Positions 8,471-16,948 of a stretch of 47,923 nucleotides of DNA are shown here, in pieces (position 1 is the stretch's first letter; each line of letters opens with the position of its first letter). Both the position numbers and the translations under genes were made by a program. The stretch is from a virus (lineage: Duplodnaviria; Caudoviricetes), in IMG/VR virus record IMGVR_UViG_3300008255_000176, positions 1 through 47,923 of that record, one strand, 5' to 3'. Under the pieces are notes generated by a model, which had not been told where the DNA came from, did no database searches, and worked only from the letters and a program-made list of their open reading frames with translations.

Positions 8471-8616
8471 AGTGGCACCATCTCCAGACGGATGTTTCCA
8501 CGCTGGTCTTTGAACGTAACCAGCATCGGCGGGGGCTGCACACCCAAAGCCTTGGCGACGTGATACGTCACGGGCTTGGGCAGCAGGCGCTGAAGAACTT
8601 GGATATCACGTGCCAT
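8467..8616 (-). CDS. 49-aa hypothetical protein (MARDIQVLQRLLPKPVTYHVAKALGVQPPPMLVTFKDQRGNIRLEMVPL)
   Basis: Below ORF-track cutoff; TAATG overlap with thyX stop and GTGA overlap with HNH start. Confidence 0.7.
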   Translation of the reverse strand: MARDIQVLQRLLPKPVTYHVAKALGVQPPPMLVTFKDQRGNIRLEMVPL

Positions 8617-9281
8617 TACATGGTCTCCTTGAATGCGGCCACAGCGTAGGGAACAACCGGCTCAACCAGTTCCAGCATGGCTTCCGCATAGACGCGGATC
8701 TCCTTCTGGGCGTGCTCGTGCAAGCGCAGGCGCAGGAAGTGGAACAGGTTATGCAGATCGACGGTTGCGAACATGCGCGAATAAGTCGAAGTCGGAAGGA
8801 CACCTCGTGCCAGCTCACGCGGGCAACCTTGCGCCAGCAGTTCCTTGTAGAGCGCGAACGCATCCATCATGGACTTCCGCATGTAGCTCTGCATCAGAAG
8901 CGCGTTGTCGTGCTGCTGGCTGGTTCGCATCTGCTTGTTCGACTCGCTTTGGTGCGTGATGTCGGACAGCTCGGGAACGTAGAACTCTTCCGGAAGCTCG
9001 CTGTAACGTGCGCTCACTTCGTTGTAAGACCACGTCCGGTGACGGTGCCACTGGCGGAACACGAACAGCGGAGCCTTGACTTCGAACGTGAAGGTGACAG
9101 CTTCGAACGGGCTGGTGTGATGGTTCTTCATGAGGTAGGCGATCAGCTTCTCGTCCTTACCCTCATCTTCACCAGTACGCCAGTCAGCATCGTAGCTGAC
9201 GCGAGCGGCGCGGACAATGGACAGGTCGTTGCCCATGTGATCCACCAGCCGCACCAGACCATGATCAAGAACTTGTTTCAT
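8616..9281 (-). CDS. thyX: Flavin-dependent thymidylate synthase
   Basis: H.SPFE, RQWHRHR..SYNEVSARY ThyX signature, ELARGVLP, HAQKEIR. Confidence 0.96.
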   Translation of the reverse strand: MKQVLDHGLVRLVDHMGNDLSIVRAARVSYDADWRTGEDEGKDEKLIAYLMKNHHTSPFEAVTFTFEVKAPLFVFRQWHRHRTWSYNEVSARYSELPEEFYVPELSDITHQSESNKQMRTSQQHDNALLMQSYMRKSMMDAFALYKELLAQGCPRELARGVLPTSTYSRMFATVDLHNLFHFLRLRLHEHAQKEIRVYAEAMLELVEPVVPYAVAAFKETM

Positions 9282-9712
9282 GCTTGCTCACCTGCTTTCT
9301 TTGCTTTTGCGGGCAACACGATTTCGAGGGCCGGCGAACCGGGCTTAACGATCAGGCACTGGTCAAAGAGCTGGTGTTGCTCCTCGGTCAGCGTGCGATA
9401 CTCTTTCAGCACGAGCGAAGGCTTGTACTGCACCAGCGCGTCAGCTTTGATACCAGCTTCCAGCAGCTTGTCCTTCAGCGCACCAAGGGCCCCAGGATCG
9501 ACCTCGCGGTTGATGGTGTGCTTACCCTTCAGCACATACCCGCCGTCGAGCGGTGCGTCGTTGGTGCCTTCCTTGGGCGACGGGAAGTAAGCTGCGAAGA
9601 TCTTCTGGCGCAGCAGCATTTCGGACGCCTTGATCTTCTTGAGCTCTTCTTGCAGGCGATACCATTCCGCAAGGTCTTCTTGCGATACAGTGTTGGCGGG
9701 GATGCTGGTCAT
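9278..9712 (-). CDS. Hypothetical phage protein
   Basis: 144-aa ORF coupled to both neighbours, phage-like codon usage. Confidence 0.8.
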   Translation of the reverse strand: MTSIPANTVSQEDLAEWYRLQEELKKIKASEMLLRQKIFAAYFPSPKEGTNDAPLDGGYVLKGKHTINREVDPGALGALKDKLLEAGIKADALVQYKPSLVLKEYRTLTEEQHQLFDQCLIVKPGSPALEIVLPAKAKKAGEQA

Positions 9713-9933
9713 GTTGTCTCCAGAGTAAGATTTTCACCATCGTCAGAAATGGTGCAGTTCAAAGGGGCTTCGCAGACGGGGCAGTCGTGCGTCCAGGTTC
9801 CGGACTTAGCGACGTTCATTTCCCGCTCGAGGCGCGTAGCAAGCTCGTCGATCAACGGGCTCTTTGACCGAGCTTCATCCACCAAGCTCAAGAGCTCGGT
9901 GTCGGTCAGATGAGAATGTTTTGTGTGCGCCAT
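9709..9933 (-). CDS. Hypothetical protein with CPVC motif
   Basis: 74-aa ORF in operon, overlaps next gene by 4 nt. Confidence 0.7.
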   Translation of the reverse strand: MAHTKHSHLTDTELLSLVDEARSKSPLIDELATRLEREMNVAKSGTWTHDCPVCEAPLNCTISDDGENLTLETT

Positions 9934-9935
9934 GG

Positions 9936-10289
9936 TTAAGCCTTGTCGGCGCGTTCCTGGGCGTGCTTGTCGCTGTACGTTCCGGAGCTGTAACGCTTGG
10001 ACAGCTTGGCGATGTTGTGCGCGAGCACTTCTTCGCGGGCGATGCCGTAGCCCTGGCGCAGACCTTCCATGTAAAACTCGAGGTCACCCATCTCTTCGAT
10101 CACGTTTTCACGGTCGATGGGCTTGCGGTAAATCGCTGCCTTCTTAACAGCATCCAGCAGCTCACCAGCTTCACCGCTGATGCCGACTGCCATGTGCAGC
10201 GCGTGTGCATCCTCAGGCGTCAGGGTTGCAACAATGTCGGCGCCAGGCTTTGCAAGCGCAGCGACGAGCTCGGGGTGTGTGATATTCAT
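9936..10289 (-). CDS. mazG: MazG-like nucleotide pyrophosphohydrolase
   Basis: GISGEAGELLDAVKK...EEMGDLEFY...NIAKLSKRY; start MNITH with GGAG RBS. Confidence 0.88.
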   Translation of the reverse strand: MNITHPELVAALAKPGADIVATLTPEDAHALHMAVGISGEAGELLDAVKKAAIYRKPIDRENVIEEMGDLEFYMEGLRQGYGIAREEVLAHNIAKLSKRYSSGTYSDKHAQERADKA

Positions 10290-10326
10290 CTGGTTTCTCC
10301 TAAAGAGTGCGGAATGCACGTTCGTT

Positions 10327-10355
10327 ACTTTACCGTGACGCTCGTTACGTCACAA
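10327..10355 (-). promoter_or_regulatory. Promoter TTGTGA-17-TAAAGT overlapped by inverted repeat GTGACG-N7-CGTCAC
   Basis: Read directly from intergenic sequence. Confidence 0.45.
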
Positions 10356-10358
10356 GTT

Positions 10359-12605
10359 CTAATTGACATCAGGAAGGCTCACGATACGGTAGCACTTCCC
10401 ATGGAAGTTCCATTCGGCCGGAATCTTATCCTTTGCCACTTCGACAAGATACCCGCTATCGCACAGGCTGCGGATGGTGTGGTCAAGTGCAAGTGTCTGG
10501 CCTAGCTTGTGCTTCACGAATGAGTTCGTGCGCTGCAAGCGGATCTGGAGGTACTTGCGGGCGACCACACCAGCGCGTCGCATGTCGTCTGATACCTTGT
10601 ACCCTTCCGCGACGGGGTGCGTGAGGTAGTCGTGCAGCACGGACAGCAGCTTCCGCTCGCGTGCAATGTCACCGTCACCGACGTCACCGCTTGCCATCTT
10701 GCGACCCATAATCTTGATGTCTTTGTGTATCAGGTTGAGCGCCCATTCCGCGTGCTCCTCTGTAACAACAGGGGCCGCAGGGCTGTCCGTCACTGCTAGC
10801 AGTGCAGCAACCTTCAAAGTCTTCAGGTGAGCGCGGTTCCACATCTGGCGCCAGGATTCATCGTCCGTTGCGTTGATCTGCTGGTCACAATGCTTGTCGA
10901 ATGCGTCCAGCATGATCTGCGCTTCGCGGGACATAGCGACGTCCAAATAACCTCCCGCCGGACAGTGCATAACAGCAGTGGCGCCGTTGATAAGAATCTC
11001 GTATAGGTCGCCTGGAATCGGAACAGTGTTCGCCGTGTTGAACTCGGGGCGGAGACCAGTGTATTCGACAACAATGAAGCGTGACATGAACCCGTCTTGC
11101 ATCATTGTATTCGTCAGCGACTCATAGAACGTGTCCGGTGTTGTTTCGCCGATCATGCTGTATGCAACACCGTTCGTCGATGCGATGTTCTTTTCCTTGT
11201 CACTGTACCCGATACCGCCAACGATGGTTCCTGCGGAAGACTTCTGATACAGGTTTGTCATCACAGTACGCAGAGACGACATCGGACCTTCAGTGTGGTC
11301 ATCACCCATCTTCCGCAGCTTGCGACCCCATTCACCAGCCACATTGACAAAGCTGCCAGTCTCACTATTGCTGATCGCTTTCACCAGTGCCGGGCCAGAT
11401 GCGTAGTCGCTGAAATCCACAAAATTGGAGAACGCTGACGCCCCTGCGCTCATCATAAGGTGTGACAGCTTGCTGATACTGCTGTGCATGGCTTCTTTGC
11501 CCACAGCACTGCGAGCGACGAGAACCATATACAGGTTGAGTCCGCTGCCGCTGATGTTGTATGCACGTCCGTAGATGCCTGCCACCAGCCCAAGCGCCGA
11601 CACGATAGCAACCTCGCGCACTGGTCGCGGGGCAAGGGCATAGAACCATTGTGCCAACACGCCTACCATGCCTGGAGGCCATTCGATCTGCGACTCAATG
11701 GGTATGGGCAGCAGCTTCACGGGCGCAGCACGCTCCACAAGCTGCACAGCGTTGGCCTGTGCTTGCGCTGCCGCAGCGTCCTCGCGTTGCTGCCGGCCGC
11801 GGATCATTGCCAGCGTGCGGTCGATATAACGATTGTTCTTTTGTGCTTTGTCCCGCTGTCCGAGACCTGACAAGCGAAACAGTCTGCGAACTTGTTCATT
11901 GGACTTGGTGTAGAAGCACAGCATAGACAGCAGAGACAAGTCTGCCTCGGATTGTGAGGGATAACCGAGCTTCGCCCATTCCCCTGTCCAGAGGGCTTGG
12001 AACTTATCTCCGTTTGCAGCGTCAGCCGCCCTTTGCCAGATAGCTTCGTCGGTAATTGTTTCATCCTGCTCCACCAGTTCAATATGATTGGTCTGTGCAG
12101 CAGCACGAATCTCCGCAACCAGCATGTCAAGCAGCTCTTGACGTTCCTCTACAGGTTTCTGGAATCCCGGCAGTGCGTCCCCTGTGCAGATCATGAAGCG
12201 TTGCTGGCTATACACCTCCACACCGTCACGCCTGCAACCTGTGCCCACCTTACCCTTGATCCAGACGTGCAGACCCTTACCGGAGCGCGAGCGTTCAGTG
12301 TAACTGTCAAACGCTTGCACGATCTTCCAGAACCGCTCAAGCTGCTCCGGCGGCGTGTTGTCTTTGACGTCAAGGTCAATGCAGGTGAAGCAATCGGCTT
12401 CCGACAGCACGAAGCCAATACCTGCACCGTTGCCCCATTGGGCCGCTGTAAGCGACGCGCTATACCAGTCTGACCAGTTGGATGGATCCGTTACACTGGC
12501 CCGGTGTCCGCTTGTTGTGTATGGGCTCTTGTCGGGAGCAGCGACGCACCATTTAGGCACATACCGCAACTCGTCCGGGAGCCTTTCCCATTGGACTGGA
12601 ATCAT
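10359..12605 (-). CDS. Primase (AEP/Prim-Pol) fused to helicase-like domain
   Basis: CIDLD, ERSRSGKGLHVW primase motifs, SQSEADL (PriCT-like), ARSAVGKE degenerate P-loop, DGFMSRF. Confidence 0.85.
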   Translation of the reverse strand: MIPVQWERLPDELRYVPKWCVAAPDKSPYTTSGHRASVTDPSNWSDWYSASLTAAQWGNGAGIGFVLSEADCFTCIDLDVKDNTPPEQLERFWKIVQAFDSYTERSRSGKGLHVWIKGKVGTGCRRDGVEVYSQQRFMICTGDALPGFQKPVEERQELLDMLVAEIRAAAQTNHIELVEQDETITDEAIWQRAADAANGDKFQALWTGEWAKLGYPSQSEADLSLLSMLCFYTKSNEQVRRLFRLSGLGQRDKAQKNNRYIDRTLAMIRGRQQREDAAAAQAQANAVQLVERAAPVKLLPIPIESQIEWPPGMVGVLAQWFYALAPRPVREVAIVSALGLVAGIYGRAYNISGSGLNLYMVLVARSAVGKEAMHSSISKLSHLMMSAGASAFSNFVDFSDYASGPALVKAISNSETGSFVNVAGEWGRKLRKMGDDHTEGPMSSLRTVMTNLYQKSSAGTIVGGIGYSDKEKNIASTNGVAYSMIGETTPDTFYESLTNTMMQDGFMSRFIVVEYTGLRPEFNTANTVPIPGDLYEILINGATAVMHCPAGGYLDVAMSREAQIMLDAFDKHCDQQINATDDESWRQMWNRAHLKTLKVAALLAVTDSPAAPVVTEEHAEWALNLIHKDIKIMGRKMASGDVGDGDIARERKLLSVLHDYLTHPVAEGYKVSDDMRRAGVVARKYLQIRLQRTNSFVKHKLGQTLALDHTIRSLCDSGYLVEVAKDKIPAEWNFHGKCYRIVSLPDVN

Positions 12606-12841
12606 GCAGCAGCTCCCCGACGAACATCCAGCACGATCTTCCAGGCGTCAAGGTAAGGCTTCACCTTGTCACGTTCCCAGATAAAGATCTTGCCCTGGAT
12701 GTCGATCGGGTCAGGGAGCTTGCCGGTACGGCGGGCAGATAAGATTGTGGTTCGTGTGACGCCCATGGTTTGCATGATCTCCGTGCTGGAGATATAGCGT
12801 TCATCAAATTCACGCTGGGCGTCATTAGCTTTCGACGTCAT
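12602..12841 (-). CDS. AlpA/excisionase-like HTH DNA-binding protein
   Basis: YISSTEIMQTMGVTRTTI...GKLPDPI...WER pattern. Confidence 0.75.
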   Translation of the reverse strand: MTSKANDAQREFDERYISSTEIMQTMGVTRTTILSARRTGKLPDPIDIQGKIFIWERDKVKPYLDAWKIVLDVRRGAAA

Positions 12842-12874
12842 GATTGCTATCCTGTGGTGGAGTAATTGGTGCCC

Positions 12875-12903
12875 ATTGTACTGAGCCGCGCTGATCCTCG
12901 CAA
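12875..12903 (-). promoter_or_regulatory. sigma70-like promoter TTGCGA-17-TACAAT
   Basis: Near-consensus hexamers with 17-nt spacer. Confidence 0.7.
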
Positions 12904-12909
12904 CGTGCG

Positions 12910-13644
12910 TTAAGGCATCCACTTCGGGGCGCCGCGTGCCTTAAGCATGTTGAGTGCGACCCTCTGCTCCTGGACAACCTTTTGCACTTCAGCGATACGA
13001 GCAGCGCATTCCCGCTCAATAGCTTCCACCTGTGGCTTGACCGCAATTTCAGCGTCGCGCAGCTCATCAGTTTTATCTTGCAGCTCTTGCTTATAAGCGC
13101 GACAACTTTCGATCCATTCCTTATACCGCGAAGCCTGTTCCGCTTTGGCAGCGTGTGCAGCGTCATTGCGAGGGCGACCGCGTCTCTTAGGTTTCCAATC
13201 ACGCACATCTTCGAAACGCAGCTCCATTTCATATTTACAGTGCATCAGGTAACTGTTCGCATCCTGCACAAGAAACACATGCTCACCGCTCCACCAAGGA
13301 TCGCCCATTGTGAATTGATAAAACGGTCTGGCGAAGTATTGGAACTCCTTTTCGAACCGTTCTTGGATTCGCTCGTGCTGGCTTGCAAGCAACTCGGCAT
13401 CGGGAGCGTCTTTGACCACACTGTGAGTCACTTCAATTCTAAGCGGGAAATGGCCCCACCTTACACAGTCCAACGCGACCGCCTTCTGGTCCTTAATGAT
13501 TGGAATATGCTCTTCGGGAAATCCTGCATTTATAAGAAGTGCGGGCAGGCGGGCTTCCATGTCCGCGTGCGCTTTTTTCAATTCCTCCGCATGGTCTGGA
13601 TGGAACAGGTGCTGACGTTGTTCAGCGAACTTGTGTTGGTACAT
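12910..13644 (-). CDS. Hypothetical protein with AT-hook-like KRRGRPR and C-terminal coiled coil
   Basis: 244-aa ORF, AAGGAG RBS, own promoter. Confidence 0.75.
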   Translation of the reverse strand: MYQHKFAEQRQHLFHPDHAEELKKAHADMEARLPALLINAGFPEEHIPIIKDQKAVALDCVRWGHFPLRIEVTHSVVKDAPDAELLASQHERIQERFEKEFQYFARPFYQFTMGDPWWSGEHVFLVQDANSYLMHCKYEMELRFEDVRDWKPKRRGRPRNDAAHAAKAEQASRYKEWIESCRAYKQELQDKTDELRDAEIAVKPQVEAIERECAARIAEVQKVVQEQRVALNMLKARGAPKWMP

Positions 13645-13677
13645 TTGATGACTCCTTAGCTGGTGGATGTGAGGTGC

Positions 13678-13706
13678 AGTTTAATGGCGATCACCCTTGA
13701 GCACAA
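13678..13706 (-). promoter_or_regulatory. Leftward promoter TTGTGC-17-TAAACT
   Basis: Hexamers with 17-nt spacer upstream of ATG 13644. Confidence 0.6.
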
Positions 13707-13719
13707 ACGAATAAAACCT

Positions 13720-14160
13720 GTCACCCGCGATGCTTAAAAGATAGCGAAAGCTCACCGGCTGCTAATGCAAAAGGTGGAAAATAATGCAATTAGCAATTAG
13801 CAGAAAATAGCGTATGGCTCTAGTAATACCTTTTCTTTTTGGTGGTGGTATGGAGACCCCGCTACTGATCACCATCATCATACCAATAAATATACTCTAT
13901 ATCTATACTACTAATTACTAATTTATATATTGTATATAGGGTATATAAGGAGCACTGGTAAGGGTTTGCAGCAATTAGCCTCGGTATGTATTTCAGCGGT
14001 TTATTATGCCCAGACTGCATTAGCAAGGGCTGAAATCACCGCGTTCTTTTTGCTATCGGTGTGAGTTCGGCTTTTTAACGAAATTAAATGGATGCACGCA
14101 GACAACACGCGCCGGAATTGCATGTCGTAAGACGATCGTCATGTGGTCACTAATAACGTG
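13720..14160. other. AT-rich non-coding region between divergent arms, candidate replication origin
   Basis: No ORFs; very AT-rich core ~13885-13950; repeated GCA(A)TTAGC motifs. Confidence 0.55.
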
Positions 14161-14162
14161 CG

Positions 14163-14192
14163 TTGCGTTCAAGGTGGTTCCGCGCTTAAAAT
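14163..14192 (+). promoter_or_regulatory. Rightward promoter TTGCGT-18-TAAAAT
   Basis: Hexamers upstream of AAAGGAG RBS and ATG 14220. Confidence 0.55.
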
Positions 14193-14219
14193 TAGCCTTC
14201 CATCACAAAGGAGCTTGAT

Positions 14220-14510
14220 ATGAGCGTAGGCAATAAACATCCGCACTATCACAAGGACGTGCGGCACCTTGAAACCATCGACGTCTATCGGGTGCTGGCG
14301 TTATTCAACGTCACGGACCCCTGCATCCAGCACGCGGTCAAGAAGTTGCTGGTCGCTGGTGGGCGCGGTGCAGGTAAGGACGTCGGCAAGGACATTCAGG
14401 AAGCAATCGACAGTCTGCAACGGTTCCAGGAAATGCGTGCTGAGGACGTTGCACCGAACAAGCGTCTTGACGAGCAATGCACCGTCGGAAGGGACAGGTA
14501 CCAGCCATGA
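14220..14510 (+). CDS. DUF3310-like phage protein
   Basis: HPHY...IDVYRVL...HAVKKLL..G.RG.GKD...DIQEAI pattern. Confidence 0.7.
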   Translation: MSVGNKHPHYHKDVRHLETIDVYRVLALFNVTDPCIQHAVKKLLVAGGRGAGKDVGKDIQEAIDSLQRFQEMRAEDVAPNKRLDEQCTVGRDRYQP

Positions 14511-14683
14511 GCAACGTATATCGCGAGAACGGTTACAACGACCGCGAAGACTATCTATCTTGTATTGCGGAAGATTACGGCCTTGACTTGGAACAGGTTG
14601 TCCGGCCGATTGCTGACTTGCTTGGTCCGGCCGAAGACTTCGACGGGTTGATTGCTATGCTGGAAGACGAGGCATCCAAATGA
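14507..14683 (+). CDS. Small acidic hypothetical protein
   Basis: Start MSNVY at 14507 with ATGA overlaps on both sides. Confidence 0.7.
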   Translation: MSNVYRENGYNDREDYLSCIAEDYGLDLEQVVRPIADLLGPAEDFDGLIAMLEDEASK

Positions 14684-14949
14684 TCCAATCTAAAGCAATG
14701 TCTCTCGTCGAAGCAATAACGAACACTCTTGTCGGGCTTGCACTTGCGTTCGCAGTCAATGCGGCGCTTATGCACTGGACAGGTGTCACCGCCACCGCGA
14801 TGCAGAACTTCCTGATTGTCGCGGGTCACACTGTGGTCAGCGTGCTGCGCTCATACATGATCCGTCGCATGTTCAACGGCGGGTGGCGTGCTGCCCTGGA
14901 CAGGGTGCTCACCTGTCACGAACGGTACAGGAGCGGGAGACGCTGGTGA
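14680..14949 (+). CDS. Small membrane protein (2 TM)
   Basis: Two hydrophobic segments; SLVEAITNTLVG...RSYMIRRMFN. Confidence 0.7.
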   Translation: MIQSKAMSLVEAITNTLVGLALAFAVNAALMHWTGVTATAMQNFLIVAGHTVVSVLRSYMIRRMFNGGWRAALDRVLTCHERYRSGRRW

Positions 14950-15137
14950 ATAAGATGCGGGTGTCGCTGGTGCAGCGAGGTGACGAGATAAGAGGCACCG
15001 TCGAACTCTGTACGGACGGCGTCTTCGTTCTTGAAGGGCTTGCCATGGTTGTGGAACAGTTCGCACGCCAGCATAATGTGCAGCCTGCGGAGGTCGTTCA
15101 AGACCTGTACGCGATTGTCTTAGGAAAAGTGAAATGA
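14946..15137 (+). CDS. Hypothetical protein
   Basis: GTG start overlapping upstream TGA; coupled to denV. Confidence 0.6.
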   Translation: MNKMRVSLVQRGDEIRGTVELCTDGVFVLEGLAMVVEQFARQHNVQPAEVVQDLYAIVLGKVK

Positions 15138-15583
15138 CACGAATCAATCTGGTTCCACCGCAAGAGCTTATGGACCAACACTTGTTCGCGGAGTTCCGTG
15201 AAATCAAAATGGTGCCCAAGTCCCTTGCTCGCAGCATTGCAGCGGCACAACGGCGTCACCTGCTTACGACTGACGCGGTGCGGAGCGTGCTGAAGCGTAT
15301 CCCGCCGGCATTCACGTTGAACACTGGTCACGTGAGTTTCTTTTACGATAAGGGTGCCTACTTGGTGGAGCGGTATGCACTGCTGAGGCAGGAGCTTGAG
15401 CGACGCGGTATCAACTTCAATCGTGAGTCGGAACTTGACCCGGACGGAACCATGCTTGCGGCGCCTTGGTGTGGCCATTACACTGCAACTCCTGAAGCAT
15501 TGTGCATCATACGAACGCGCATCGCTGAAAAGATTGCAATGAAGCCAAGCTGGTATCGTTACGAAGGGAAACCAATCGGATGA
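15134..15583 (+). CDS. denV: Pyrimidine-dimer DNA glycosylase (T4 endonuclease V-like)
   Basis: MTRINL...L.DQHL.AE.RE N-terminus, F.L..GHV.FFYDK, RI.EKIA.KP.WYRY. Confidence 0.93.
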   Translation: MTRINLVPPQELMDQHLFAEFREIKMVPKSLARSIAAAQRRHLLTTDAVRSVLKRIPPAFTLNTGHVSFFYDKGAYLVERYALLRQELERRGINFNRESELDPDGTMLAAPWCGHYTATPEALCIIRTRIAEKIAMKPSWYRYEGKPIG

Positions 15584-16239
15584 CAGGATTTGAAATAGCT
15601 TTGACATGCCTAGCTCTCAACGTGTTCAAGGAAGCACGCGGGGAGCCTGTAGCGGGCCAGCACGCCGTGGCACTGGTCACCCTCAATAGGGTGTATCGGA
15701 ACGGTCTTGAAAAAGACGTGTGCGACGTTGTATTCGAGCCCAAGCAATTCAGCTGGACTGTGACAGACTCGGAGGGCGGTGTGCTGCACCGTCACAAGCG
15801 TCCGGATCAGAGCAGTGTAGAATGGAAGCGTGCAAAGCAGTCCGCGCTTGAAGCCCTCTACATGGAGGACTTCACAGGTGGCGCCACGCACTATCACGAG
15901 GTCAAGTCCAAACCGATATGGCGTCGAAAGATGCAGTATGTCGGTCAATGGGGAAATCATTACTTTTATCGAGGTGAGTATGGCAATCAATATCAGGCAG
16001 AAGGGGCAGGAAGGGGAGCGCGAGATTCAGCGTGTGCTGGAGCCAGTCGTTCGCAAGGTGCTGGAGCGCAACGGGATCCCGCTCCCGGACAAGGCTATCA
16101 TCCAGCGCAACCAGAATCAGAGCGCAGTTGGTGGCAGCGACTTGTCCAATACTTTTGGCCTGGCTATCGAAGTGAAGCGTCAGGAAGCACTGTCAATCAA
16201 CACATGGTGGGCACAGTGCGCCACGGCTGCAAAAGATAA
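15580..16239 (+). CDS. SleB-like cell wall hydrolase (Hydrolase_2) with overlapping C-terminal extension
   Basis: CLALNVFKEARGEP..GQ.AVA.V..NR, QFSW, GATHYH, GNHYFY; domain ends near 15975 but ORF continues over the next gene. Confidence 0.85.
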   Translation: MTGFEIALTCLALNVFKEARGEPVAGQHAVALVTLNRVYRNGLEKDVCDVVFEPKQFSWTVTDSEGGVLHRHKRPDQSSVEWKRAKQSALEALYMEDFTGGATHYHEVKSKPIWRRKMQYVGQWGNHYFYRGEYGNQYQAEGAGRGARDSACAGASRSQGAGAQRDPAPGQGYHPAQPESERSWWQRLVQYFWPGYRSEASGSTVNQHMVGTVRHGCKR

Positions 16240-16429
16240 CGACGAATGGCCTGTGCTGCTGTACCGCCAGAACGGTAAGAAGTGGCGCTGTGTGACGCTG
16301 GTGTGGTTGCACTTGCCCGCGGGCGCCCAGAGGCAGGCCCGGGCAGAGTTCGATATGGACACATTCCTGGCATGGTTCGAGGAATGGGTTGAGCGCAAGG
16401 TACAGCAGGGTGAAGTTCCGCGAGTCTGA
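15980..16429 (+). CDS. Holliday junction resolvase (PD-(D/E)XK)
   Basis: KGQEGERE, GGSDL, AIEVKRQE, WWAQ; GAGGTG RBS before ATG 15980. Confidence 0.8.
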   Translation: MAINIRQKGQEGEREIQRVLEPVVRKVLERNGIPLPDKAIIQRNQNQSAVGGSDLSNTFGLAIEVKRQEALSINTWWAQCATAAKDNDEWPVLLYRQNGKKWRCVTLVWLHLPAGAQRQARAEFDMDTFLAWFEEWVERKVQQGEVPRV

Positions 16430-16439
16430 GGTCTGCCGT

Positions 16440-16469
16440 TTGTTAGATTGAAGGGAGCTCCGCTATACT
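16440..16469 (+). promoter_or_regulatory. Promoter TTGTTA-18-TATACT upstream of terminase
   Basis: Intergenic hexamers. Confidence 0.5.
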
Positions 16470-16501
16470 CCGATTGAATTAACATCTATCTGGAGTATGG
16501 C

Positions 16502-16948
16502 GTGAGCGAACTGGCGAACACCCTGACAAAGCAAGAGAAGGCATTGCGCCAACGCTTTGTCGCGGAATACCTTGCTGACTACGATGCGTTCGGAGCAGCT
16601 ATTCGCCTTGGCTACCAAGAAGCATTCGCGCAACAGTACGCCAAACAGTTCCTCACCGAACCCTATACGCTGAAGCTCATCAAAGAGAAGGAAGCGGAGT
16701 TCGGCATCCTTACCGAAGAAGACCAGCATCGCAAGAAGATTGTCGCTGGTCTGTACCGTGAAGCACACAGCAGGTTCAACAGCGGCTCGGCCCGTGTTGC
16801 TGCACTTACACAGCTGGCCAAGATTATTGGCATCGAGGCTCCTGTTAAGTCCGAAGTGAAGCTCACTGAAGCGGAGCACGACATGAGTCACCTGACGCTG
16901 GAAGAGAAGCTGGCTATCAAGAAGAAGCTCTATCCCAATGCTGCCTGA
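16502..16948 (+). CDS. terS: Terminase small subunit
   Basis: RFVAEYL.D.DA..AAIRLGY HTH pattern; directly precedes terL. Confidence 0.85.
   Translation: MSELANTLTKQEKALRQRFVAEYLADYDAFGAAIRLGYQEAFAQQYAKQFLTEPYTLKLIKEKEAEFGILTEEDQHRKKIVAGLYREAHSRFNSGSARVAALTQLAKIIGIEAPVKSEVKLTEAEHDMSHLTLEEKLAIKKKLYPNAA

Noticed and set aside
12602-12841. Excisionase-like HTH as evidence of a temperate lifestyle
   Set aside because: No integrase, repressor or att-like context recognised
32-13659. Long plus-strand ORFs opposite the replication genes (e.g. 4682..6007, 8610..9590, 2675..3436)
   Set aside because: Antisense shadows of codon-biased real genes; no RBS or recognisable motifs
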